From NCBI GenBank assembly GCA_963699755.1, contig CAVOVB010000007.1, positions 256,001-320,000 on the forward strand: a stretch of DNA of 64,000 nucleotides, given 5' to 3'. A program made the position numbers and the translations under genes. Shown in pieces: positions 1 to 9,336 of this stretch; the stretch's first letter is position 1, and each line of letters opens with the position of its first letter. Under the pieces are notes generated by a model. It was not told the origin of the DNA. It saw only the letters and a program-made list of their open reading frames with translations, and ran no database searches. Origin of the DNA: an uncultured delta proteobacterium. GTDB lineage: Bacteria; Myxococcota_A; Polyangia; Polyangiales; Houyiibacteriaceae.

Positions 1-2
1 AA

Positions 3-512
3 AAGTTTTGGCTTCAAGATCAGGGCTTCTTGACCGACACGCACGACGGACACCACCCTGACCGACAGCTACGACCCAATCAACTTTGGGCACTCGTCCT
101 GCCCGGCGTACCCATCGACATGGCCCGAAAAAGGCAGGCCCTAGCGGTCGTGCGCGACAAGCTACTCACACCGGTTGGCTTGCGAACGCTTTCGCCCGAC
201 GACCCATGCTATAAGCCGTTTTACCGCGGCGGGCAGGCGGAGCGAGACCGGGCCTACCATCAAGGAACGGTCTGGCCCTGGCTTCTCGGCCTCTACGCCG
301 ATGCGGTCGAGGCCATCGAAGGCCCTGAGGCTGCCACTGAGGAAATGATGCCCGTCCTGGCCTCACTTTGTGCTCATCTGAGGACGGAAGGCTGCATCGG
401 ACAAATCGGCGAGGTCTTCGATGGAGACGCGCCCCACCGACCCGGAGGCACACCGGCACAAGCCTGGAGCGTCTCAGAGGTGCTCCGGGTCGCGAAGATG
501 GCGAGCCCATGA
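3..512 (+). CDS. Glycogen debranching enzyme (amylo-alpha-1,6-glucosidase), C-terminal part; 5' end lies outside the window
   Basis: Frame is open from the window edge (KFWLQDQGFLTD...). Motifs LRPNQL, GLRTLSP, YHQGTVWPWLLG and QAWSVSE are typical of the GDE_C domain. Stop overlaps the next ATG (ATGA). Confidence 0.9.
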   Translation, partial: KFWLQDQGFLTDTHDGHHPDRQLRPNQLWALVLPGVPIDMARKRQALAVVRDKLLTPVGLRTLSPDDPCYKPFYRGGQAERDRAYHQGTVWPWLLGLYADAVEAIEGPEAATEEMMPVLASLCAHLRTEGCIGQIGEVFDGDAPHRPGGTPAQAWSVSEVLRVAKMASP

Positions 513-2005
513 AGATCTTGATGCTCGGCTGGGAGTATCCTCCCCACATTAGCGGCGGGCTCGGGACGGCTTGCGAAGGACTGACGACTGCGCTCGCGAG
601 CCGGGGCATCGACATCGACTTCCTCGTCCCGAAGCTGTTCGGTGAAGAGGACGCTCCACACATGCAGCTCTTGGGCGCGGCGTCAGCGGAATCAACGCCT
701 CTGGCCCCGACTCAGGCCCCCGTCCACGGACCAGTCGACTTGCCCCAACGGCTCAGACAGTTGTTGGCTGCGCAGCCCTCGCTTGCGACCGACCCGATAT
801 TCATCGCCGCCGCGGCGGCCGCACAGGCGCAGGCCGCGCCAAGGGGTCGGGGCGGGGTGGAGATGATCCGCGTGCCGGCGATGCTGAAACCGTATCTGGA
901 CGAGAAAACCTACCGGGACCTCATCAGGACGGGCGCCCTAGACGAAAGCGCCATTCCGGAGATCCTGGCGTCGAGAATCGGGCATCCCTTGCCGGGTCCG
1001 CCCAGCGGGTCCAGGCAGCTCGCACACGGTCACATTCCCGGAGACGACGTTTCGTATGCCGAAGCGAACGCGTCCGGAGCGCACTACGGGGACGATCTGT
1101 TTTCGGAGGTGGCCCGATACGCCATGGCGGCAACGCGGCGCGTCGAGGGGCGGAAGTACGACCTGGTGCATGCGCACGACTGGATGACCTTTCCAGCCGG
1201 GGTCGAAATCGCGCGCCGGGCGGGAGCGCCGCTCTTCGTTCACGTGCACAGCCTCGAATACGACCGGGCAGGTCACGGGGCCAATCAAAACATCGTGTCG
1301 GTCGAGCGTCTTGGCCTTGAAGCGGCCACGCGCGTCATCGCGGTCAGCTACTACACGCGTGGCTTGATCAACCGCGTCCACGGCACGCCTCTGGACAAGA
1401 TTTCGGTGGTGCACAACGGCGTCTACACACGCGAAACAGTCGAAGCCTATGCGGAGCAACGGAGCTCCAAGGGGCCGGTCGTTCTCTTCCTGGGCCGGGT
1501 GACCTTCCAGAAGGGGCCGGAGTACTTCGTCCAGGCCGCAGCGAAGGTTCTCGAGCACGTTCCCGACGCAGTTTTCGTCATGGCGGGCTCCGGCGACATG
1601 CTTCCCCGGATGAGGGAGATGGTGGATGACCTGGGCATCACCGAATCGTTCCGTTTCCCAGGTTTCGTCCGTGGCGCGGAGCTGGAGCGCACGTTTTCGA
1701 CTGCCGACGTGTATGTCATGCCGTCGGTCTCGGAGCCTTTTGGCATCGCGCCGTTGGAAGCGATGAGCTACGACCGACCTGTCATCGTGTCGAAGCAGTC
1801 CGGCGTGTCCGAGGTGCTTCGCCACGCGCTCAAAGTCGACTTCTGGGATGTCGACAAGATGGCGAGCCAAATCGTAGGGCTCTTGGAGCACCCTGAGCTG
1901 AGGCGGACCATCATCGAGCGTGCACGCGAAGAGATCCGGCACATCCACTGGGATGCAGCCGCCGAGACGCTCATTCCAATCTACGAATCCGTCCTACACG
2001 GATGA
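509..2005 (+). CDS. GT4-family glycosyltransferase (glycogen-cluster type)
   Basis: MKILMLGWEYPPHISGGLG N-terminus, HAHDW, FLGRVTFQKG, PSVSEPFGIAPLEAM. Start set at ATG 509, which overlaps the upstream stop, not at 368. Confidence 0.9.
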   Translation: MKILMLGWEYPPHISGGLGTACEGLTTALASRGIDIDFLVPKLFGEEDAPHMQLLGAASAESTPLAPTQAPVHGPVDLPQRLRQLLAAQPSLATDPIFIAAAAAAQAQAAPRGRGGVEMIRVPAMLKPYLDEKTYRDLIRTGALDESAIPEILASRIGHPLPGPPSGSRQLAHGHIPGDDVSYAEANASGAHYGDDLFSEVARYAMAATRRVEGRKYDLVHAHDWMTFPAGVEIARRAGAPLFVHVHSLEYDRAGHGANQNIVSVERLGLEAATRVIAVSYYTRGLINRVHGTPLDKISVVHNGVYTRETVEAYAEQRSSKGPVVLFLGRVTFQKGPEYFVQAAAKVLEHVPDAVFVMAGSGDMLPRMREMVDDLGITESFRFPGFVRGAELERTFSTADVYVMPSVSEPFGIAPLEAMSYDRPVIVSKQSGVSEVLRHALKVDFWDVDKMASQIVGLLEHPELRRTIIERAREEIRHIHWDAAAETLIPIYESVLHG

Positions 2006-2013
2006 GGTGAACG

Positions 2014-3216
2014 ATGCCGTCGGTCTGTTTCTATTTTGAAGTGCACCAACCGTATCGCGTGAAGCCTTACGGTGCGCTTCAAGTCGGTCGCGACCACGAG
2101 TACTTCGATGAGAAGCTCAACGCCGATGTTCTGCGTAAGGTGGCCAACAAGTGCTACCTGCCGGCGAACGAGTCGATGCTCCGTCTCATCGAAAAAACGG
2201 ACGGCCGCTTTTGCGTTTCATATGCAGTGACGGGCGTGGCGATCGAGCAGATGAAGCTCTACGCGCCGGAGGTCCTCGACAGCTTCCTGCGACTCGCCAA
2301 GACCGGCGCGGTCGAGTTCATTGGGGAAACCTACTATCACAGCCTGGCTGCCCTCTATGACAAAGAGGAATACCGCGAGCAGATCGACATGGAGCTGAAG
2401 CTCATCAAGTCGGAGTTCGGGCAAGTGCCGCGCGTCTTCCGAAATACCGAGCTCATCTACAACGACGAAATTGGACGGTTCATAGCCGATCAGGGCTTCG
2501 ACGCAATGATCATCGAGGGCGCGGACGACGTTCTCGATTGGCGGAGCCCGAACTTCGTCTACCGAGTGGCCGGCCGGGACATGAAGCTGCTCACGAAGAA
2601 CTACAAGCTCTCGGACGACATCGCTTACCGTTTCTCGAACGAGACCTGGCCCGGTTACCCGTTGACGGCGGAGAAATTTGCCGGATGGGTCCACGATCAC
2701 AGTGGGGTGGGCGACGTGGTCAATCTATTCATGGACTATGAAACCTTCGGCGAGCATCAGTGGAAGGAAACCGGAATCTTCGATTTCCTCGAACAGCTTC
2801 CGGACCTCCTCTTCACGCATCCCCAATGGGACATCCTCACGCCGAGCCAGGTGATCGACCGTTATCCGGCGCTCGGAGAGCTCGCGTTTCACCGAACGGT
2901 TTCCTGGGCCGATGAGGCGCGCGACACCAGCGCCTGGCAGGGCAACGCCATGCAGCAGCGAGCGCTCGCCGAGATCTATTCCCTGGGCAGTGCCATCCGG
3001 AAGCGCAATAATTCTCACTTACTCGCGCTTTGGCGGCGCCTGCAAACTTCGGACCATTTCTACTACATGGCGACGAAAACAGCGTCTGATGCTCAGGTGC
3101 ACGACTACTTTAGTCCTTACGAGGGGCCCTACGATGCCTTCATCCACTATATGAATGTGTTGAAGGACTTGAACCTCTCGGTGCTAGTGCCTGCGGAGAA
3201 GCAGATTCGACTATGA
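2014..3216 (+). CDS. GH57 family alpha-amylase-like glycoside hydrolase
   Basis: YFEVHQPYR, ETYYHSL, FRNTELIY (catalytic Glu region), FMDYETFGEH and LQTSDHFYYM motifs. RBS GAGGTG. Confidence 0.9.
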   Translation: MPSVCFYFEVHQPYRVKPYGALQVGRDHEYFDEKLNADVLRKVANKCYLPANESMLRLIEKTDGRFCVSYAVTGVAIEQMKLYAPEVLDSFLRLAKTGAVEFIGETYYHSLAALYDKEEYREQIDMELKLIKSEFGQVPRVFRNTELIYNDEIGRFIADQGFDAMIIEGADDVLDWRSPNFVYRVAGRDMKLLTKNYKLSDDIAYRFSNETWPGYPLTAEKFAGWVHDHSGVGDVVNLFMDYETFGEHQWKETGIFDFLEQLPDLLFTHPQWDILTPSQVIDRYPALGELAFHRTVSWADEARDTSAWQGNAMQQRALAEIYSLGSAIRKRNNSHLLALWRRLQTSDHFYYMATKTASDAQVHDYFSPYEGPYDAFIHYMNVLKDLNLSVLVPAEKQIRL

Positions 3217-6200
3217 GCAACGCTGTTTTTTTCGAGATCTCCTGGGAGGTCTGCAACATGGTTGGTGGCATCCACACCGTGCTGGCAAGCCGCGTCCGGG
3301 AGGTGCATGAACGCCACGGCGAAGATGGATACATCACGATCGGACCGGACGTCCCACGGAGCGAAGGCGTTGCGCCTGAGTTTCGACCCGACATCTGGGA
3401 TCGGAAGCTTGCAGAGTCGCTACAAGACCACGAGGTAGGCGTGGATATGGGGCGCTGGTTGGTACCTGGTGAACCGCGTTGTCTGCTGATCAACCAGTCG
3501 CGCCTGTACCAGCGCAAGGACGAGATCCTCGGTCGCTACTGGGAGCAATATGGGCTCGACTCCCTGTTTGGAGCCTGGGACTACTACGATCCGGTTTTGT
3601 TTGCCCATGGCGCGGGCATGGTCATCGAGCACATCCGCGACCGCTTCCTGCTTCCCGCGCGACACACGGCGATCGTGCAGGCGCACGAGTGGATGTCGGC
3701 GGGCGCGATTCTACACCTGCAAAGCGCTGCGCCCGAAATTGGAACGGTATTCACGACTCACGCCACGGTGCTCGGCCGCTCGCTCGCCGGGCAGCGCGCC
3801 GATCCGAACTTCTACCAGTCGCTGCCGAACATCGACCCCGAGGTCGCAGCCAAGGAGCTGAACGTTTCGTCGAAGCACTCGATGGAATCGGTGGCAGCGC
3901 ATGAAGCGGATGTCTTCACCACGGTCAGCGAGATCACTTCCCTGGAGTGCGAGCATCTGTTAGGCCGAAAGCCCGATGTCATCCTGCCGAACGGCTTCGG
4001 CGCCAGGCCGGTCGAGCCCGAGCAGCGCGGCCGGGCTCGCGAGGAGCTCTTCCAGCTCGCCGAGCTCACCACCGGCGACCATTATAATCGCGAAAATACT
4101 CTTATTTTCGTCCTCGCGGGACGCTACGAGTACACCAACAAGGGCGTGGATGTGTACCTCAACGCGACGACCGGGCTCGCCGAAGAGCTCAGGTCGCGGG
4201 ACGGCAAGCGCATTCTCGTCTACGCGATGCTCCCGGCCGGCCACGCCGAGCCCAAGCGTCAGCTCTGGGATCGAGCCCATGGCGCTTCGGCTGGCGCTCC
4301 GCTGCGGTGCACGCACGATCTGGTCGACGAGCCCAACGACCCGATCACCAATCAGCTCAACGCGCTCCGTTGCGACAATGCGCCGGGAGCGCCAGTGCAC
4401 GTGGTGCATGTGCCTATCTATCTCGACGGCACTGACCCGTTCATCCGTCAGAAGTACTGGGACCTGCTTCCGGGCGCCGATCTCGGCGTCTTCCCCTCGT
4501 TCTACGAGCCATGGGGATACACGCCGCTCGAAGCCGTCGCGTTTGGTGTTCCAGCGGTCACGACCGACCGTGCTGGCTTCGGCCGCTGGGTCGCGGCGCA
4601 GGGCGATCGACAACGTACGGGTGTCCGCGTTCTCACGCGCGAAGGTGTGCCCACCCCAGAAGTCACTGAGTCACTGAAGAAGGCGCTGCTCGAGTTCATC
4701 GATCTGCCAGCAAAGGACCGCGCAGCTCTCCGCGAGGTCTCTTTGAGAACCGCCGCACTGACCGACTGGTCCAACTTCATGGAGCACTACGAGGATGCGC
4801 ACACCCGCGCCCTCGCAGCTGGAGCTGCCCGCCGCAAAGAGCTGCCGATGGATCGCTTGAGCGTGACGTCGATGCCCGCCGTGTCCTCCGATTCCTCCGG
4901 GGTTTTCGGCCTCTTCGTGAAGCCTCCCGTCGAGGAGGGAGAAGAGGCGGCGCCTTACAAGCGAACCTTTCTCGTGGCGAACGCGCTTCCGCCCGAGCTG
5001 CTACCTCTGAAGGCAATCGCCGCCAACCTCTGGTGGCGTTGGCACCCCGAGGTTGCTGCGCTCTTCAAGCGAATCGATCCCGTCCTCTGGTTCCAAGTCG
5101 AGGAGAACCCACACGCGCTCCTCGACCAGGTGACGCCCAGCCGGCTCATGGCCTTGGCCGACGACCCCGGCTACGTTGCCGACGTTGGGCGATTTCATCA
5201 AGAAATGGTCGAGTCGACCCAAACACAGGACCCACGCATCGCCTACTTCTGCATGGAGTTTGGCCTCGCCGGTTTTTTGAAGCTGTACTCTGGTGGCCTT
5301 GGAATTCTAGCTGGGGATCATCTCAAGGCCGCAAGCGACATGAACCTCCCCCTTTGCGCGGTCGGCCTTGCCTACCACGACGGGTACTTCCACCAGATCA
5401 TCGACCGTGACGGCCACCAGGAGCACCTAGGCGACACGAACAACTTCGAGAACGCCCCGTTCGAGCCAGTCATGGTAGGACGGTACTCGCCGCTGCGCGT
5501 CACGGTGCCGCTGCCAACCGGCCCGGTGCAAGTTCGGGCGTGGCAACTCAAGGTCGGGCGTGTGCCACTGTACCTGCTCGACACCAACCTGCCGGAGAAC
5601 CGACCAGAGGACCGAGCGATCACCAATCGCCTGTACGGCGGGGACACCGTGCACCGACTCCGGCAGGAAATAATCCTGGGCCTCGGGGGCTATCAACTGC
5701 TCACCGAGCTCGACATCGAACCGGACGTTTTTCACATGAACGAAGGCCACAGCGCCTTCCTGCTCCTCGCGCGCGCAGCCCACCTGATCAAGAGACACGG
5801 GCTCCGGTCCCAGGAGGCGTTCGAGTACATCCGCAACACGACCGTTTTCACCACGCATACGCCGGTGCCGGCCGGACATGACCACTTCCCCGAAGAGATG
5901 GTCCGCCCGTACTTGACGCGCTTCGAGCACGTGCTCCGCATGGATTGGCCCCGATTGATGGCGATGGGCAATACGCCGGATGACGCAGACAACAAGTTCG
6001 GAACGACCGCGCTAGCCGTGCGAAACGCGGGGCGCATCAACGGCGTCAGCGCCAAGCACGGCGAAGTCGCGCGGGACATGTTCCTCCAATTCTTCCCGGA
6101 GTTCGACGACCCCGATGACGTGCCGTGCGCGAGCATCACCAACGGCGTGCACGTTTCGACTTGGCTCGCGCCTCGCTGGCAGCGGCTGATGGAACGGCAA

Positions 6201-7469
6201 ATGGGACACGACTGGCGAAATCAGATCGAGGATCCCCATTGTTGGCAGTGGTTGCGTAACCACGATCCTGCCGAGATCTGGGCGACTCATCGCGACCTCC
6301 GCGCGGACTACATCGACTGGCTCAAAGAGCACCTCACCGAGACCTGGACTCGCCGACGTGAAGACCTCTCCTTGCTCCGCGACATTCTCTCGAGGCTCGA
6401 CCAAGATCGAATGTTCATCGGCTTTGCTCGACGGTTTGCGCCGTACAAGCGCGCCGACCTGCTCCTGACCGAGCCAGAGCGGCTTGCCAAGCTGCTCAAT
6501 GGCAACCCAGGCGCCACGATCATCTACGCGGGCAAGGCGCATCCAGCCGACGGCCACGGGCAGGCGCTGCTGCAGCGGGTCTATCAGGCGACGAAGCACC
6601 CCGACCTCGCTGGGCGTGTGATCTTCATGGAGGATTACTCGATCGACTCAGCGCGCCGAATGGTCGCCGGATGCGACGTCTGGTTGAACACACCGACCCG
6701 TCCTCTCGAGGCAAGCGGAACCTCGGGCATGAAGGCCGCGATTAATGGCTGTCTGAACCTGAGCGTCGATGACGGCTGGTGGCTCGAAGGCTACGCCGAG
6801 GACAACGGCTGGGTCATCGACCTGCCGGACACCTCGATTCACGACCCCAGCGCTTACGACCGTGCTGTGACCATGGCACTCCTCGAAGGCGAGATTCTAC
6901 CAACCTACCATGACCGAAACTCCGAAGGGGTCCCGGTGGCCTGGGTGGAGAAGATGAAGGCCAGCATGTCCAGCATCATTCCCAGGTTCTCCGCGCGCCG
7001 GATGGTCACCGACTACGCGGACAACTTCTACGAGCCAGCCATGCAGGACGCGGTCGCTCTTCGCGACTCGAACTATCGCCCGCTATTCGCTCTGGCGGAT
7101 TTGGCGGAGGCGATCCGCAATCACTGGAACGAAATCGCGATGGAAAGTGTCCGCTTTGGCGGCTTGAGTGCGGACGAGCTGGTCGTCGGCACGACGGTGA
7201 CGGCCGAGCTTTCGCTTCATCACCCCGGGTTGGACGCACGGGAGCTAGTAGTCGAAGCCGTCGTAAGCTACGGCAGCCGCCTTCAAGATCACTCCTCTAG
7301 AATGGTAGTCCCCTTCGAATCAGAGGACGCAGAAGAGCGGAGCACCTGGAAAGGCGCTTTCACCGTAAGAGCGAGCGGCGGCCACGAGCTCAGATTCCGC
7401 GTCAGGCCAAGGGACCGAAGCCCGCTAAGGCCGGCAGCCTTGGGCATGCATATCCAAAAGTGGCTGTAG
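3213..7469 (+). CDS. glgP: Fused GT3 glycogen synthase-like domain + alpha-glucan phosphorylase (GT35)
   Basis: N-half has FEISWEVCNMVGGIHTV, HEW, GRYEYTNKG and GVFPSFYEPWGYTPLE (GT3). C-half has YSGGLGILAGD, HMNEGH, FARRFAPYKR and EASGTSGMK (PLP lysine). One uninterrupted 1418-aa ORF. Confidence 0.9.
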   Translation: MSNAVFFEISWEVCNMVGGIHTVLASRVREVHERHGEDGYITIGPDVPRSEGVAPEFRPDIWDRKLAESLQDHEVGVDMGRWLVPGEPRCLLINQSRLYQRKDEILGRYWEQYGLDSLFGAWDYYDPVLFAHGAGMVIEHIRDRFLLPARHTAIVQAHEWMSAGAILHLQSAAPEIGTVFTTHATVLGRSLAGQRADPNFYQSLPNIDPEVAAKELNVSSKHSMESVAAHEADVFTTVSEITSLECEHLLGRKPDVILPNGFGARPVEPEQRGRAREELFQLAELTTGDHYNRENTLIFVLAGRYEYTNKGVDVYLNATTGLAEELRSRDGKRILVYAMLPAGHAEPKRQLWDRAHGASAGAPLRCTHDLVDEPNDPITNQLNALRCDNAPGAPVHVVHVPIYLDGTDPFIRQKYWDLLPGADLGVFPSFYEPWGYTPLEAVAFGVPAVTTDRAGFGRWVAAQGDRQRTGVRVLTREGVPTPEVTESLKKALLEFIDLPAKDRAALREVSLRTAALTDWSNFMEHYEDAHTRALAAGAARRKELPMDRLSVTSMPAVSSDSSGVFGLFVKPPVEEGEEAAPYKRTFLVANALPPELLPLKAIAANLWWRWHPEVAALFKRIDPVLWFQVEENPHALLDQVTPSRLMALADDPGYVADVGRFHQEMVESTQTQDPRIAYFCMEFGLAGFLKLYSGGLGILAGDHLKAASDMNLPLCAVGLAYHDGYFHQIIDRDGHQEHLGDTNNFENAPFEPVMVGRYSPLRVTVPLPTGPVQVRAWQLKVGRVPLYLLDTNLPENRPEDRAITNRLYGGDTVHRLRQEIILGLGGYQLLTELDIEPDVFHMNEGHSAFLLLARAAHLIKRHGLRSQEAFEYIRNTTVFTTHTPVPAGHDHFPEEMVRPYLTRFEHVLRMDWPRLMAMGNTPDDADNKFGTTALAVRNAGRINGVSAKHGEVARDMFLQFFPEFDDPDDVPCASITNGVHVSTWLAPRWQRLMERQMGHDWRNQIEDPHCWQWLRNHDPAEIWATHRDLRADYIDWLKEHLTETWTRRREDLSLLRDILSRLDQDRMFIGFARRFAPYKRADLLLTEPERLAKLLNGNPGATIIYAGKAHPADGHGQALLQRVYQATKHPDLAGRVIFMEDYSIDSARRMVAGCDVWLNTPTRPLEASGTSGMKAAINGCLNLSVDDGWWLEGYAEDNGWVIDLPDTSIHDPSAYDRAVTMALLEGEILPTYHDRNSEGVPVAWVEKMKASMSSIIPRFSARRMVTDYADNFYEPAMQDAVALRDSNYRPLFALADLAEAIRNHWNEIAMESVRFGGLSADELVVGTTVTAELSLHHPGLDARELVVEAVVSYGSRLQDHSSRMVVPFESEDAEERSTWKGAFTVRASGGHELRFRVRPRDRSPLRPAALGMHIQKWL

Positions 7470-7515
7470 CCGTCCCCAGGCGAGCTAAGGGCCAACGGCT
7501 GGAAACCTGGCCGAC

Positions 7516-8280
7516 TCAGCTCATGACCCGTGCGAAATCGAGCCCGCCGACGATCCCGGTCACTCCGCGATCATCCTCGATCAAAATGCGGCGAACGTTC
7601 ATTCCCAAGGCTTGCTCCGCGGCTCGGCCGAGGCCCATGGCGGCGGGCAAGATCAGAACGCGAACGTTCATCGCGTGTTCAACCGCGGTGCTCGGCGGCA
7701 GGCGGCGCGCTTCCAAAGCGCAGGCCTGGTCGAAAATGCCGACGGGGAAATCTCCTTCCACCACGACGAGGCCTTGCTTGTTGGAGACGTCGAGGCGGTC
7801 GACCGCCATCGCGATGGGGTCCTCGGCTCTGATCTTCACCACCGAGCCCGAGGCGATCTCGGAGATCGGCGTCTTGATTCGCTTCTCTCGAACCGCCCGC
7901 ATCAGATCGCGTGTGGAGACTACGCCCTTGGGCATGCCGTCCTTGGTCACGAAGACGCGGTGAACGTGGTTCTTCAGCATGAGCTTGGCAGCCTGTGCCA
8001 GTGGCGCTTCGGTCGAAACCTGAAGGGCCGGTGATTGCATGATCTCCTCGACGGGGCGGTCCGGAACGCGAAATGTGACGCCGTGGCTGAACACTGCGGC
8101 GTGAAGAATGTCCGTGCGCGACACGACGCCTTTGAGTACGCCTACCTCGTTGATGACGCCGAGGGCGGACACGCCCTGCTCCGTGAACATCTCGTTGGCT
8201 GCCACTAGGCTCTCCCCGATGCGAATTGTCTCGACGGGGCTGGTCATGTACTCGGCCACGGGCATTTCGAAGTTCGCCAT
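7516..8280 (-). CDS. CBS domain protein (two CBS pairs)
   Basis: Repeated CBS motifs (VAEYMTSPV...GVVSRTDI; VEEIMQSP...GVVSTRDL). ATG 8280 has an upstream GAGGTG. Confidence 0.85.
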   Translation of the reverse strand: MANFEMPVAEYMTSPVETIRIGESLVAANEMFTEQGVSALGVINEVGVLKGVVSRTDILHAAVFSHGVTFRVPDRPVEEIMQSPALQVSTEAPLAQAAKLMLKNHVHRVFVTKDGMPKGVVSTRDLMRAVREKRIKTPISEIASGSVVKIRAEDPIAMAVDRLDVSNKQGLVVVEGDFPVGIFDQACALEARRLPPSTAVEHAMNVRVLILPAAMGLGRAAEQALGMNVRRILIEDDRGVTGIVGGLDFARVMS

Positions 8281-8325
8281 CTCATTCACCTCTTCGTGTG
8301 ACTCGCTCGCTGCGCGGGCTTCCAT

Positions 8326-8802
8326 TCAAATCGCGACCTCCTCACGAAGGTGCTCGATGAGCTCGGCCTCCTTGCTGGTCGCCAGGTCTTTGTGAAGCGA
8401 GCCTACCACGAGCCGAGCGGTGGGTTCGTCGAGGGAGGAACGCAGCAATCCCAAGAACCTGGGAGGTGCTACCAAGACCAGTCGCTCGAACTGATTCTGC
8501 GTACGGGCGTGCTGGAGCTTGTCCGCTAGCGCTCTGGCAAAGTCGGCTACCACCCTATCATGCGGGCCTTCGCTCTGACTCATCGAAGCTCGGCGGGGAT
8601 CTCCACTGTTCTTGCGGAACGATCGTCCCGGACGATCAGAGTCGATGTCCCGGTCCCGAGCCCGCCCTTCGGGATGCTCGATCGACTCGACGAGCGTCAG
8701 CCCGGTGCCCGGGCCATGGTTTTCGAACACACGCGCGCCGGCCTCGTGAGCCACCAAAATCCATGTGCTGTTCATTTTCATCCCTCCGCGGCTGCAAGTC
8801 AC
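8326..8802 (-). CDS. Host attachment family protein (baeRF12-like, aeRF1-related fold)
   Basis: TWILVAHEAGARVF...DRPGRSF...FERLVLVAPPRFLGLLR...KDL signature. True start may be 8781 or 8775. Confidence 0.8.
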   Translation of the reverse strand: MTCSRGGMKMNSTWILVAHEAGARVFENHGPGTGLTLVESIEHPEGRARDRDIDSDRPGRSFRKNSGDPRRASMSQSEGPHDRVVADFARALADKLQHARTQNQFERLVLVAPPRFLGLLRSSLDEPTARLVVGSLHKDLATSKEAELIEHLREEVAI

Positions 8803-9134
8803 GAAGCCGGCAATGAAGGAAGCGGCCGAAGCTCGATGATCTGCTTTGTGCCGTCCCCGGTGATCACCTCGATGCTCGAAAGCTTCCCAGCCTCCTCTCG
8901 AACGTAGATCTCCTTTGGTTTGGAAACCCGATGCGAGATGTTCGAGGCGTCGACTTCAAAAACCTGTTCATTCGAGTCGTAACTGATACCAACCAGCGAG
9001 CTATTCTCGCTTTCGGGCTGCACGCCAATGCTCTCCCCCATAATGGATATCCCCACCCGCATGGACGGAAGGCTCTTTGCGACCTTGTCGAAGTACCGTT
9101 GCCATTCCGTGGGCTCTAGCTTTCGTGTTGTCAT
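8799..9134 (-). CDS. DUF5335-like protein
   Basis: MTTRKLEPTEWQRYFD...LVGISYD...HRVSKPKEIYV pattern. Strong GGAGGAG RBS before ATG 9134. Confidence 0.7.
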   Translation of the reverse strand: MTTRKLEPTEWQRYFDKVAKSLPSMRVGISIMGESIGVQPESENSSLVGISYDSNEQVFEVDASNISHRVSKPKEIYVREEAGKLSSIEVITGDGTKQIIELRPLPSLPAS

Positions 9135-9164
9135 CGTCTCCTCCAATAGCAGGGCTTCATAGGA

Positions 9165-9181
9165 AGCAAACCCCGTGCCCA
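9165..9181 (-). promoter_or_regulatory. Sigma-54 promoter for the DUF5335-host attachment-CBS operon
   Basis: Minus strand reads TGGGCACGGGGTTTGCT, i.e. GG-N10-GC with GGCAC and TTGCT. Confidence 0.75.
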
Positions 9182-9221
9182 ATCTCGGAGCCCTAGTTTG
9201 GCTGCTGATCTCGGCAATTGA

Positions 9222-9263
9222 CGCAAACGATGCGCCGATCGGGCGCAGCGCGATAGAATTGCG
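9222..9263. promoter_or_regulatory. Paired enhancer sites: CGCA-AACGA-TGCG (9222-9234) and degenerate CGAT-AGAAT-TGCG (9251-9263)
   Basis: Same CGCA-N5-TGCG palindrome as at 12335 and 17150. The two sites are 29 bp apart. Confidence 0.6.
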
Positions 9264-9336
9264 TGCCCAGAAGGCACGGCTCATGGGCGCCAGTCGCTCG
9301 ATCGGTATACTGAGGGCCTGGCAAGGCCGAAACGTG

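Noticed and set aside
9272..9287. AGGCACGGCTCATGGG as a sigma-54 promoter for the Rv2004c-like gene
   Set aside because: Good -24 half, but the -12 position is GG rather than GC. How this gene is transcribed remains unresolved.
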